Source: an uncultured Mollicutes bacterium
Lineage (GTDB): Bacteria; Bacillota_I; Bacilli_A; ML615J-28; CAG-313
Direction: 5' to 3'
Length of the DNA: 64,000 nucleotides
NCBI GenBank assembly: GCA_900539265.1
Contig: UQBM01000001.1
Location: 66,012 to 130,011 of the forward strand
Shown here: positions 37,701 through 46,859 of the stretch, in pieces
Numbering within the stretch: the stretch's first letter is position 1
How the letters are laid out: the number at the start of each line of letters is the position of its first letter
The notes under the pieces: model-generated
What the model saw: the letters and a program-made list of their open reading frames with translations, nothing else
Databases searched by the model: none
What the model was told of the DNA's origin: nothing
Position numbers and translations under genes: made by a program

Positions 37701-37840
37701 CTAGTATAGAGGTTGTTTTTTTCCCTAAAATTTATTTTTCCTCATTACCTCTTAATAAAGGTATGATTATAATGGTATCTGGGAATGTTCAAAAAAGAAC
37801 AACAATGCAAATAATTGCTGATTATGTGAAAAAAATATAG
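34799..37840 (+). CDS. dnaE: DNA polymerase III alpha subunit (DnaE-type)
   Basis: An N-terminal PHP domain (LYIQTEYSILQS), 'GPGRGSAPASLVSYTLGITEVDP', 'PDIDIDF', and a C-terminal OB fold. The start is the ATG at 34799 after AAGGAGG. Confidence 0.92.
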   Translation: MFNQLYIQTEYSILQSSCKLEPLFERLVKDKVDSCAIVDEGTMYGTIKFYQACLKNKIKPIIGLKVNYVYNDMNSSILLYAINDFGYKNLMKISSRSRLNDGIVDFEYLEKASLGLIAIIPFDESILIKYHQHHDDKAIFQTIDILKHTYDILYIGLPIPNSLIELNFNEIYRFYKNEGYKLVALPKVSYLNIDEMDAYITLRSIKMNANLYKPLEVEKYHYLLEQEELEFLFRDYQDLIAATIEIASLCQVEIEFGKYQLPLYQAGLDTKSYLKELCLVGLKKRMQSFSYSYDYQMYLKRLNDELDTINQMGFNDYFLIVYDYVKFAKKNGILVGPGRGSAPASLVSYTLGITEVDPIYYNLLFERFLNPERISMPDIDIDFPDDRRDEVIKYVGQRYGKEKVAHIVTFGTFKAKLAINDCARVYKLPDEHLKQINKCLQSSLSSRGVSLSLKDAIKNNIELQQLMDDYDDIKKVLEIASIIQGIPRNISTHAAGIVITKYDLVNYTPLDEGLDDIYQTQYESSDLEILGLLKMDFLGLKNLTNIAKTIELIQKDNPNFILPKREDDEETYKMLADGDVSGVFQLESAGMRKLIMNLKTSSLEDIIQALALYRPGPMDIIPLFIKRKFNLEKIDYPHKDLEPILKETYGTIVYQDQIMLIACKFAGYTLGRADILRRAVSKKKKEVLEQEREVFVNSSIKQGYSYDDASLIYDYIVKFADYGFNKAHSVAYAKVAYLTAYLKCHYFSYYFSTLMTSFMGSISDILDYTKQLLSRHIKVNAPSINKSIDIFNVIDGEIYFPISIIRGLGNVKTNDILEERKKGIFNSFEDFIIRCKNIIAASLIENIIYSGALDEFGLTKKAMIDNYQNIIEKSTYTFVKNILQIDYVEDEYSYGTLQEKELEVLGINIQYDFFKQCVALYDKYKMIKISDLNLNQNIRTMGMIKNVKEILTKQKEKMAFIELGDDTSSIEVVFFPKIYFSSLPLNKGMIIMVSGNVQKRTTMQIIADYVKKI

Positions 37841-37851
37841 AAGGAGAATAT

Positions 37852-38727
37852 ATGAGAGTACTTTGCTTTGATATTGGTGGTACTAATGTAAAATATGGTG
37901 TCATCGATAATGAAAAATTTTTAGAGAAAGGTTTATTTGATACAAATGCAGATCTTGGGAAAGAATATTTAACTAATATTTTAGTTGATATGGCTCAAAA
38001 GATGAAAGAGAAATATCAAATAGATGGAATTGGTATATCTTGTGCTGGTAGTGTTAATTTTGAAAAAGCATATATTGAAATTGCACCAGATGCTTTACCT
38101 AGTTTTTCAGATTGGGACTTCAGAAAAATATTCAAAGAAAGGGTAGGACTTGATTGTATTGCGGACAACGATGTTAATAGTTTTGCCAAAGCAGAATGTG
38201 TTAATGGTGCTGCAAAAGATTTTGATCACTTTATTGTCATTACAGTTGGTACTGGTATTGGAGGTGCTATTGTTATGAATGATGAAATTTGGCGTGGAAA
38301 AAATTATAATGCAGGTGAAGTTGGTAGGGTTTTAATTGGGAATGCTAAATGGGAAAGTGTTGCTTCTACTCAAGCTTTGATCAAAGAAGCAAGGAGAGCA
38401 GGACTTGATGTTCATAATGGAATAGAGTTATTTCAACTATATGATAATCATGATGAAATTGCAATTGCTGTAGTCAATAGATTTTATGACTTGCTTGGTA
38501 TTGGAATGGCTAATTTAGTATATGTATATAACCCAGAGGCAATTATTATTGGTGGTGGAATTTCTAAAAGAGAATCATTTGCTTCTTCAGTTGAAAAGTA
38601 TATGAATTCGCATTTATCATATGGTTTTAGAAATACTGCAAAAGTTTTAAGTGCAAGTTATCGAAACGATGGTGGTATGCTTGGAGCATATTATAACTTT
38701 GTTGAATATAAAAAGGAGAAAAAATAA
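37852..38727 (+). CDS. ROK-family protein (putative sugar kinase)
   Basis: 'LCFDIGGTNVKYGVI', 'VGTGIGGAIV', 'AGEVGR'. The Cys-rich zinc motif typical of many ROK glucokinases is not evident. Confidence 0.75.
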   Translation: MRVLCFDIGGTNVKYGVIDNEKFLEKGLFDTNADLGKEYLTNILVDMAQKMKEKYQIDGIGISCAGSVNFEKAYIEIAPDALPSFSDWDFRKIFKERVGLDCIADNDVNSFAKAECVNGAAKDFDHFIVITVGTGIGGAIVMNDEIWRGKNYNAGEVGRVLIGNAKWESVASTQALIKEARRAGLDVHNGIELFQLYDNHDEIAIAVVNRFYDLLGIGMANLVYVYNPEAIIIGGGISKRESFASSVEKYMNSHLSYGFRNTAKVLSASYRNDGGMLGAYYNFVEYKKEKK

Positions 38728-40433
38728 TGGATCAAAAAACTTTAGAAAAAGTTAAAAAATGGGAAAATTTTAAAGAATTAGATCCTTCTTTAAAAGAAGA
38801 ATTAGAAACAATGAAAGATAATGAGGAAGCCCTTATAAATGCATTTTATAATGATATTGCTTTTGGAACTGGAGGTCTTCGTGGCATATTAGGAGTTGGA
38901 ACCGATAGGATGAATATATATGTTGTTAGAAAATCAACTCTAGGATTTTTGAATTATATGATAAAAAAATATCCTAATATTAAGGAAATGGGCGTTGCTA
39001 TTTCATATGATTGTCGAAAGAATTCTTATTTATTTGCTAAACATGCGGCTGAGATTATTGCAAGTTGTGGTGTTAAAGCTTATTTATATACATCTATTCG
39101 TTCAACCCCACAACTAAGTTTTACAGTTAGATATTTAAAATGTGCAGGAGGTATTATGATTACTGCTAGTCATAATCCACCAATTTATAATGGGTATAAA
39201 ATCTATGATCATAATGGGTGTCAATTGGTACCAGAACTTGCCGATAAAGTAATTGAAGAAATTAATAAAATTGATGATATGTTTCATATTCAATCAGAAA
39301 AATTTGATAACTTAGTTGCAAAGGGTTTAATTAGAATGATTGATGATGAAGTTGATAATGCATATGTTACAAGAGTAAAAAAAATAAAAATAAATGATGT
39401 TAAGAAAGATAATATTAAAATAGTATATACTCCTCTTCATGGTACTGGAGCTACTCATATGGTTAAACTTCTTTCTTCTTGTGGATATAACGTATACCCA
39501 GTAGAAGAACAAATGATACCAGATGGTAATTTTTCAACTTTAAAATCACCAAATCCAGAAGAAGCAAGTGCCTTCGAATATGCCATTAAATTAGGAGAAA
39601 AAGTGAATGCTGATATTCTAATTGCAACGGATCCTGATGCTGATAGAATGGGAATTGCAGCAAAAGATAATGAGGGTAGATATGTGTTGCTTACGGGAAA
39701 TCAAACAGGTGCTATTTTATTAGATTATCTTGGTAAATATAAAAAACACCAAAAAAAGGCTGTTGTTTTTAATACAATTGTTACCTCTAATTTTGCAAAA
39801 GCAATTTGTGAAAAATATGATTTAGAACTAGTACAAACATTAACTGGTTTTAAATATATTGGAGAACAAGCAGCCAAAATTGAAAATACAGATAAAGAAT
39901 TTTTCTTTGGTTATGAAGAATCTTATGGATATGTTATTGAAGATTTTGTCAGGGATAAAGATTCTTTTCAAGCATCATTATTATTGTCTGAGGTAGCATC
40001 ATTCTATAAATCCCAAAATAAAACATTAATTAATGTTTTAAACGATTTATATGAAGAATATGGTTATTATTTAGAAGGAGTGCATAATATTGTTCTTACG
40101 GGAATTGAGGGAAGTAAAAGAATTGAAAAAATTATGAGAACCTTCCAAAAAATGAAACTAACTGAAATTGCTGGTTCTCATATTAGAGTATTTGAGGATT
40201 ATGATAGATTAGAAAGAATTGAAGAAGGTAAAGTATCTTCTCTTAATCTTCCTCAATCCTTTGTTTTAAAGTATATATTTGATGATGGTGGATGGTTTGT
40301 TTTAAGACCATCGGGAACAGAACCTAAACTAAAAATCTATATTGCTATTAAAGCTTTATCATACAGAAAAGCCCAACAATTTATTGAGCAACTTAAAAAA
40401 GCAATTCTTGAAATCATTGAAAATATCAAATAG
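38727..40433 (+). CDS. pgcA: Phosphoglucomutase/phosphomannomutase family (alpha-phosphohexomutase)
   Basis: Active-site loop '[14 protein letters not shown]', metal loop 'ATDPDADR', sugar loop 'GYEESYG'. It overlaps the ROK gene at a TAATG junction. Confidence 0.88.
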   Translation: MDQKTLEKVKKWENFKELDPSLKEELETMKDNEEALINAFYNDIAFGTGGLRGILGVGTDRMNIYVVRKSTLGFLNYMIKKYPNIKEMGVAISYDCRKNSYLFAKHAAEIIASCGVKAYLYTSIRSTPQLSFTVRYLKCAGGIMITASHNPPIYNGYKIYDHNGCQLVPELADKVIEEINKIDDMFHIQSEKFDNLVAKGLIRMIDDEVDNAYVTRVKKIKINDVKKDNIKIVYTPLHGTGATHMVKLLSSCGYNVYPVEEQMIPDGNFSTLKSPNPEEASAFEYAIKLGEKVNADILIATDPDADRMGIAAKDNEGRYVLLTGNQTGAILLDYLGKYKKHQKKAVVFNTIVTSNFAKAICEKYDLELVQTLTGFKYIGEQAAKIENTDKEFFFGYEESYGYVIEDFVRDKDSFQASLLLSEVASFYKSQNKTLINVLNDLYEEYGYYLEGVHNIVLTGIEGSKRIEKIMRTFQKMKLTEIAGSHIRVFEDYDRLERIEEGKVSSLNLPQSFVLKYIFDDGGWFVLRPSGTEPKLKIYIAIKALSYRKAQQFIEQLKKAILEIIENIK

Positions 40434-40444
40434 AAGGTGAAAAA

Positions 40445-41767
40445 ATGAAAGTTAGTTTGAATTATAAGAATGTTTTAAATTTTTTATCAGAAGAAGAAAT
40501 TAAAAATAACGAAAAAAAAGCTTTAGATGCTAGAAATGTCTTACTTAATAAAAAAGGAGAAGGTGCTGCTTTTTTAGGATGGATAGAATATGCTAATAAT
40601 TATGATAAGGAAGAATTTGCTAGAATCAAAACTGCAGCCGAGAAAATTAGAGCAAATAGTGAGGTTTTGATAGTAATTGGGATTGGTGGTTCTTATCTCG
40701 GTGCTAAGGCTATTATTGAAAGTCTACAACCTTATTTCCGAAAAGATAAAGCTTTAGAAGTTATTTTTGTAGGTAATAATTTATCATCATCTTATATAGC
40801 AGAATTACTAGAATATGTTCGTAATAAAGATTTTTCAATTAATGTTATTTCTAAATCAGGAACCACTACTGAACCAGCTATTGCATTTAGATTATTTAGA
40901 CAATTATTGATTGAAAAATATGGGAACAATGCTTATGAACGAATTTATGCAACTACTGATAAAGAAAAAGGGGCTTTACGAATGCTTGCTACTAATGAAG
41001 GTTATGAAACTTTTATTGTACCAGATGATATTGGCGGTAGATATTCTTGGTTTACTGCTGTGGGACTTTTACCAGTTTGTGCTAGTGGTGTTAATATTGA
41101 TGATTTAATAAAAGGAGCAAGCGATGCCTATTTTGATTGCAAAAATACAAAATATTTAGATAATAGTAGTTTACTTTATGCAAGCATTAGAAACCTACTT
41201 TATGATAAGGGAAAAATGGTTGAAGTTCTTATCAATTACGAACCAAAGTTGACATTTATTAGTGAATGGTGGAAACAATTATATGGAGAATCAGAAGGTA
41301 AAGATCATAAGGGATTGTTTCCCTCAAGTCTAGTTTATTCAACTGATTTGCATTCAATGGGACAATATATTCAAGATGGAATGCGTATAATGTTTGAAAC
41401 TATTGTAAATATTAAAAAACCTCAAATAGATTTTACATTACAAAGTGAAGAAAATAATTTAGATGGATTAAATTTTTTGGCGGGAATTAATTTCGATAGT
41501 GTAACTAAAAAAGCAATGCAAGGAACCATTCTTGCTCATGTAGACGGAGGAGTACCTAATATTATTTTAGAAATTGAAAATATTGATGCTTATAATATAG
41601 GATATTTATTATATTTCTTTATGTTTTCTTGTGGTGTTTCAGGATATATGCTTGGAGTGAATCCATTTAATCAGCCAGGAGTTGAGGACTATAAGAAAAA
41701 TATGTTTGCATTGCTTGGTAAACCAGGATATGAAAATCTTCGCAAAAAACTTTTAGAAAGATTATAA
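40445..41767 (+). CDS. pgi: Glucose-6-phosphate isomerase (Firmicutes-type, ~440 aa)
   Basis: '[13 protein letters not shown]', '[10 protein letters not shown]', '[14 protein letters not shown]', '[12 protein letters not shown]', 'NPFNQPGVE'. Confidence 0.92.
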   Translation: MKVSLNYKNVLNFLSEEEIKNNEKKALDARNVLLNKKGEGAAFLGWIEYANNYDKEEFARIKTAAEKIRANSEVLIVIGIGGSYLGAKAIIESLQPYFRKDKALEVIFVGNNLSSSYIAELLEYVRNKDFSINVISKSGTTTEPAIAFRLFRQLLIEKYGNNAYERIYATTDKEKGALRMLATNEGYETFIVPDDIGGRYSWFTAVGLLPVCASGVNIDDLIKGASDAYFDCKNTKYLDNSSLLYASIRNLLYDKGKMVEVLINYEPKLTFISEWWKQLYGESEGKDHKGLFPSSLVYSTDLHSMGQYIQDGMRIMFETIVNIKKPQIDFTLQSEENNLDGLNFLAGINFDSVTKKAMQGTILAHVDGGVPNIILEIENIDAYNIGYLLYFFMFSCGVSGYMLGVNPFNQPGVEDYKKNMFALLGKPGYENLRKKLLERL

Positions 41768-41773
41768 TATTTT

Positions 41774-41810
41774 AAAAGGATAAATCTAAATTAATTTATC
41801 CTTTTTATTT
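41774..41810 (+). terminator. Rho-independent terminator
   Basis: aaaaggataaat (41774-41785) pairs with atttatcctttt (41794-41805), followed by a T-rich tail. Confidence 0.75.
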
Positions 41811-42141
41811 TGAATTACATTTTTAAATTAGTATAATGAATAAATATTATAGAAATTATTAAAACGAATTTATAAAAAATTTATCAATAATAAGTAGAAG
41901 AAGTTGAAAAGAAAATATATCCTCAAAACAAAAGAATCAACAATTTGAAAAGCTAATTTTATTTTTATTGAATAGTTTTTAAATTAGTTTTTATATGAAA
42001 ATGTAAAAAATATAATTTTAAATTTAACTCATGATACTTGAATTTAATTTCAGCATCCAATGTAAACCTTTTTATAAGCATATAAACAAACATATTTATA
42101 AAAATAAGTATAATATTTATCTAGTATGAGAGGGAAAAATT

Positions 42142-43542
42142 ATGTCGATAACATCAATTAAAAAAAGAACACATTATGAAATGGATATGACAAGTGGGAA
42201 CTTTTTTAAAAAAATTGTTTTCTTTTGTTTACCACTTATGTTTACAGGTATTTTACAATTATTATACAATGCGGCAGACTTGATTGTTGTAGGACAGTTT
42301 AGTGATGAACCTGACGCACTTGGAGCAGTTGGTTCTACTTCAGCTTTAATTAATTTAATCATTAATTTATTTATGGGGCTATCGGTTGGTTCTAATGTAA
42401 TGTGTGCAAGAAGTTTTGCTTCTAAAGATGCTGATAAATTATCAAAAATTATACATACATCAATTACTATTAGTGTAATTTGTGGTTTTGTTTTAGGAAT
42501 TATTGGCTTTATTTTTGCTCGCAATTTTTTACAAATGATGGATAATCCTATTGATCTTGCGGTAGTATATTTAAAAATATATTTCATTGGAATGCCTTTT
42601 AATATGCTTTATAATTTTGCTGCAAGTATTCTTAGAGGAGTTGGTGATACCAAAAGACCTTTGTATTATCTAAGTATTGCAGGATTAATTAATATTGTTT
42701 TAAACATTGTTTTTGTGGTAGTTTTTAAAATGGATGTTGATGGGGTGGCAATTGCAACCGTAATATCTCAAGTAGTATCTTGTATTTTAATTATGAATTG
42801 CTTAATTAAAACAAAGGAAATTTATAAGTTTTCTTTCAAAAAAATTCATATTTATAAAAAGGAATTGATTGAAATAACAAAAATTGGATTACCAGCTGGT
42901 ATTCAAGGATCTATTTTTTCTATTTCTAATGTTCTTATTCAATCATCTATTAATAAATTTGGTTCTATTGCTATTAATGGAAATTCGGCAGCTCAAAGTA
43001 TAGAAGGGTTTGTATATATTTCAATGAATTCTGTATATCATGCATCTCTTGCATTTGTAGGTCAAAATATGGGTGTTAAAAAATATCATAATATTCATAA
43101 AGTTACCTGGTATTGCTTAATTTTTGTTACATTAGTTGGTGTGGTTCTAGGAGGAAGTCTTTTTTTATGTGGTCGCTATGTATCAAGAATATATACAAAT
43201 GTCCCAGGTGAAATTGATGTTTCATATATTAGGCTACATTATTTATGTTTACCATATTTTTTATGTGGTATTATGGATGTAATGGTTGGAGTTTTAAGAG
43301 GTTTAGGTTATTCAATCACGCCAATGATTGTATCTATAATTGGTGTTTGTGTGTTTAGAGTTTTTTGGATATATTTAATTTTTTATAATGTCACTGATTT
43401 TTCTAATTATAACGATTTACATTATTTGTATATGTCTTATCCAATTTCATGGATTGCTACTTTTGCAGTAGAGTATTTAATGTATGTAATAGTTTATAAA
43501 AAAATTTTAAAAAGATCTCAATTAGAATTAATTAATAATTAA
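42142..43542 (+). CDS. MATE-family efflux transporter
   Basis: It has 12-TM topology and an N-terminus of 'PLMFTGILQLLYNAADLIVVGQF', plus 'ILRGVGDTKRPL' and 'GLPAGIQGSIFSISN'. Confidence 0.85.
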   Translation: MSITSIKKRTHYEMDMTSGNFFKKIVFFCLPLMFTGILQLLYNAADLIVVGQFSDEPDALGAVGSTSALINLIINLFMGLSVGSNVMCARSFASKDADKLSKIIHTSITISVICGFVLGIIGFIFARNFLQMMDNPIDLAVVYLKIYFIGMPFNMLYNFAASILRGVGDTKRPLYYLSIAGLINIVLNIVFVVVFKMDVDGVAIATVISQVVSCILIMNCLIKTKEIYKFSFKKIHIYKKELIEITKIGLPAGIQGSIFSISNVLIQSSINKFGSIAINGNSAAQSIEGFVYISMNSVYHASLAFVGQNMGVKKYHNIHKVTWYCLIFVTLVGVVLGGSLFLCGRYVSRIYTNVPGEIDVSYIRLHYLCLPYFLCGIMDVMVGVLRGLGYSITPMIVSIIGVCVFRVFWIYLIFYNVTDFSNYNDLHYLYMSYPISWIATFAVEYLMYVIVYKKILKRSQLELINN

Positions 43543-43595
43543 AAAAGACTTGTGAGAAGTTTGCAATTAAATCAAACTATTCTCACAAGTCTTTT
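43543..43595. terminator. Bidirectional terminator between convergent genes
   Basis: A 16-bp stem pairs aaaagacttgtgagaa (43543-43558) with ttctcacaagtctttt (43580-43595). Confidence 0.8.
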
Positions 43596-45838
43596 TAATA
43601 AATTAAATCTACTAACCAAGGATTATCAATAAAAGGATTATAGTTGCCTTGAATTTTTTGTATTTGTTCATTGCGATATGTTTCATAATAGTCAACAGGA
43701 TCTTGGTTATGCCACAAAATTAACATTTCTATACTTTTTGCAACACCAAGTTTTTCAATATCCATATTATATCGAATATTCATATAAAATATTATTCTAG
43801 CTACATCACCTTTTATGTCGTCTTTTGGCTCGAAGTAGAGGTTATTTGTTATAGGACCAAAAGGTTTATTGTTTCTAGATGAATTAATTGAAGTAAGTGC
43901 AGGTCTTAACTGGTGTAAGTCGGTTCCTGCATTTTTACTTGATCCATTTACGGTTGAATACAGACCACCTGATAAGGATTTGGGCCAAATATGCTCTCGA
44001 TTCCAAGTAATTCCATTTTCCCAAGTTCCATTTATTGATTGACCACTATAAAATAGGATAATATTTCCAGGATGATCAAAATCTGGATCAGTTAAAAGAT
44101 AGGCATTTCTAGCAAAATCATAATCAACAATATTACTATGAGTAGAAGTAATAAGTGATGACAATTGATTTCTTAAAGCATCTCCTGTTAAACCAATGAT
44201 TGATTCGTAGTAGTCTTCGTGACTATAAGGATACAAATTATCAAGATGTTTATATTCATAATTCCATGTATCTAAAGAACTAATTTCGGTTACGCTAGTT
44301 GTAAAATTAGAAGAATATTTATCAATTTGCCATAATATTTCATTTTGATAAGAAAGATCATAGATTGAAATGCTAGAATCCTTCATATATATTTGATTAA
44401 TATTATGATAGTCATTCATAGTTGCTATTCTATTAATTATTAAGTTTTTGGTTTTAGCAAGATAATTAGAAGAATTTGTAATAATATAGTCATAAGATGA
44501 TATTTTTATTTCATCACTAATATCACCCGTGGTATCAATTAAAATTTGAGTATTATAATTATTTAATAAAATTCCATTAGGTGTGTAAATAAGAGTTGCG
44601 GTTGGTGAAAGATGATAGGTTTGAGTATTTACTTCATCTAATTTTATAAATTTTTTAACTTTTAAACTTTCAATATTATGATAACTAATTAAATATTCAA
44701 TATCATTATCTTTTATTAATTGGTTAAAATTATCTAAATCATCATCACTTAAAATAATTAAAACGTCAATATTATCTAATTTGATATATATTAGGTCTTT
44801 TTTTACAATAACATCAGTATAAGGATAACTATGATTTAAAGAAGGATAATTATAGGACATAGTGTATGGTGAAGAGATTGTGATATCTTTATAGGTTATT
44901 TTAAGTTCACCTTTATAAAATTGTTTATTATTAAAATTGGAAATAATAAGTTCATCTTTAATTGCAGTAAGGCTAATAATTTTGCTAGTGTTATCACTAT
45001 AGGTGATTTTTAAATTTCCTTTATAATCAAAATCATCACCAATAGTATAGTTTGTTGTTAAATCTAAAGCTTCGATAGATATAATTTCATCATTAGATAG
45101 GTGAAAAATCTTTATTTCAAATAAGCCAAAATTACCAATGGCTTTTTTGGAATATTCAAATTTTACTTTAGTGATATTAGTATTAGAAAATATGGCACTA
45201 ATAGTATTTTTAGTGTTTAAAATAGGTCCATCAATTTGGTATTGTTCTAAAATATTATTATTATCATCTAATCCATAAATGGTAATAATTGAATCTCCCC
45301 CCGCATTTTTACCAAGAATAGTTACTTCAACTTTAAAGGTTGAGAAAGGTTCAAAAGAAACGGATGTAATACTTTCATTGTTATTAGAAAATTTTAGTGA
45401 ACCATCAGCATAAATACTTGCATTATAATTATATATCCATCCTTTTGGTGCTGTTTTTTGATTGAGAAAACTTTGAGTTATAATTTCTTTGGCATAAGTT
45501 TCTTTATAATCAGTATTATTATATGTATATACATTGGAATAATTAGAGTCATTAGAGTAAGTGGTTCCCTGTTTTAATCCTTTAACCCGAAAACTAATTG
45601 TTTCAATACTAGAATTAAGATAAGAGGAAAAATTAAAGTTATTTTCAACTTGATGATAAGTAGTTTCATCTAAAATAGTCATTTCTACTTCATAATATTT
45701 AACATCATTTTGTAATGTCCAAGTAAGAGTATTATTTTTAACATCTAAATTGCTTGGAATTTTAATTTCTGAGGTAGTACATCCACTAAATATTGTTAAA
45801 AATAAGGTTATAATAATTGGTAAAATAATTTTTTTCAT
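43595..45838 (-). CDS. Lipoprotein with a C-terminal endonuclease I-family (extracellular nuclease) domain
   Basis: Lipobox TIFSGC. The C-terminal ~230 aa contain 'WNREHIWPKS', 'GTDLHQLRPALTSINSSRNNKPFG' and 'KGDVARIIFYM'. The ~500 N-terminal aa belong to no family I recognise. Confidence 0.8.
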   Translation of the reverse strand: MKKIILPIIITLFLTIFSGCTTSEIKIPSNLDVKNNTLTWTLQNDVKYYEVEMTILDETTYHQVENNFNFSSYLNSSIETISFRVKGLKQGTTYSNDSNYSNVYTYNNTDYKETYAKEIITQSFLNQKTAPKGWIYNYNASIYADGSLKFSNNNESITSVSFEPFSTFKVEVTILGKNAGGDSIITIYGLDDNNNILEQYQIDGPILNTKNTISAIFSNTNITKVKFEYSKKAIGNFGLFEIKIFHLSNDEIISIEALDLTTNYTIGDDFDYKGNLKITYSDNTSKIISLTAIKDELIISNFNNKQFYKGELKITYKDITISSPYTMSYNYPSLNHSYPYTDVIVKKDLIYIKLDNIDVLIILSDDDLDNFNQLIKDNDIEYLISYHNIESLKVKKFIKLDEVNTQTYHLSPTATLIYTPNGILLNNYNTQILIDTTGDISDEIKISSYDYIITNSSNYLAKTKNLIINRIATMNDYHNINQIYMKDSSISIYDLSYQNEILWQIDKYSSNFTTSVTEISSLDTWNYEYKHLDNLYPYSHEDYYESIIGLTGDALRNQLSSLITSTHSNIVDYDFARNAYLLTDPDFDHPGNIILFYSGQSINGTWENGITWNREHIWPKSLSGGLYSTVNGSSKNAGTDLHQLRPALTSINSSRNNKPFGPITNNLYFEPKDDIKGDVARIIFYMNIRYNMDIEKLGVAKSIEMLILWHNQDPVDYYETYRNEQIQKIQGNYNPFIDNPWLVDLIY

Positions 45839-45846
45839 AGCAACTC

Positions 45847-46403
45847 CTATAATGATTTAATAATGATTTCTAAGGCTTCACGCATTTGAGTAATGGATAA
45901 ATCATTTGTTGGCAAAGGAAAATGAATAAAAATGCAAGGTATTTTTGGATAATAATACATTACTTGATAATATAAAGCATTACAAATATATGCGCCAGCA
46001 TCCATACTAATTTCAGCTTTAATTAAGTTAGTAAAAAGATGTGATAAAGCTTCAATAGTTGGAAAAACAGAATATATTGATTGTGGTCCTTTTTCAATTA
46101 TTAATTTTTGATTTAAATTTACTTCATCGGTACTATCAATTTTTTTATTAATAAGGTTTTTTGCTCTAATTTCAAGAGAAATTTTTTTCTGTTAGTAGCT
46201 TCACCACATAGTATTATGACATCTGGCTTTTCTTTTTCAATATATGAATTAATACACTGGAAAGAAGAAAAAAGAGCGACTGGTAAGTATTTTTTGTTAA
46301 CTTCTATTTGAGAATTATGTAAATCTACCCCATTTACTGCTAATTGAGAAACATTGGTATGTCTACCATTAAAGGCTTCAAATGCTGTTAATAATATTTT
46401 CAT
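45847..46403 (-). pseudogene. pcp: Pyroglutamyl-peptidase I (pyrrolidone-carboxylate peptidase), frameshifted in a homopolymer
   Basis: The N-terminal frame reads 'MKILLTAFEAFNGRHTNVSQ...PDVIILCGEATNRKK'. After the A7 run (T7 on plus, 46182-46188) the sense continues in another frame: 'ISLEIRAKNLINKKID...SMDAGAYICNALYY...CIFIHFPLP...MREALEIIIKSL*'. One extra A would restore a ~185-aa Pcp. Confidence 0.8.
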
Positions 46404-46552
46404 TATATCACCTCACAATTTATTATATCATAATTATAATTTATTTCAAAACTATTTGTTTTTGTTATGCAAATATTTCCGTTTTTAATATAAAAATTTA
46501 TTTTATTTTAGAAAATTAGATGAATTTATGAAAAGAAAAAAGTCAACAAAAC

Positions 46553-46581
46553 TTGAATAAATAGTGAAGTTATGTTATAAT
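46553..46581 (+). promoter_or_regulatory. Sigma-A-like promoter of groES-groEL
   Basis: TTGAAT (46553-46558), a 17-nt spacer, then TATAAT (46576-46581). Confidence 0.55.
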
Positions 46582-46607
46582 AAGTTAAATATGGAGGAAT
46601 ATATTTT

Positions 46608-46859
46608 ATGGTTAAAGCGATTCATAATAATGTAGTTTTACAAAAAAAAGTAAAGCAAGGGCAGAAGGGGATTTATATGCCAAATATTGGAGATGATAGT
46701 TTTATAGTTTTAAATGTAGGTCCAGAGGTATCCACTATAAAAGTTGGTAATGAAGTAATATTAGACAAAAATCCTAAACAATTTAAATTAGGAATAAATG
46801 ATTATTATATAACAAGTATTGAAAATATTATTGCAATTGTGGAGGAAAATCATGAGTAA
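46608..46859 (+). CDS. groES: Co-chaperonin GroES (short, 83 aa)
   Basis: 'VKAIHNNVVLQK...KGIYMPN...FIVLNVGPEV..IKVGNEVILDK...YYITSIENIIAIVE'. The mobile-loop region is shorter than in typical GroES. Confidence 0.8.
   Translation: MVKAIHNNVVLQKKVKQGQKGIYMPNIGDDSFIVLNVGPEVSTIKVGNEVILDKNPKQFKLGINDYYITSIENIIAIVEENHE

Noticed and set aside
41811-42141. A possible riboswitch or leader in the 330-nt AT-rich spacer upstream of the MATE pump, and similarly in the spacers 8406-8839, 9973-10359 and 12808-13213.
   Set aside because: I could see no conserved riboswitch cores, T-box specifier or antiterminator motifs, or stable GC-containing helices. The sequence is uniformly AT-rich.
46404-46607. A CIRCE (HrcA) operator upstream of groES.
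   Set aside because: I read the spacer on both strands and found no TTAGCACTC/GAGTGCTAA-like arms. The nearby AGTCAAC...ACTTGAA only loosely resembles a CtsR box.
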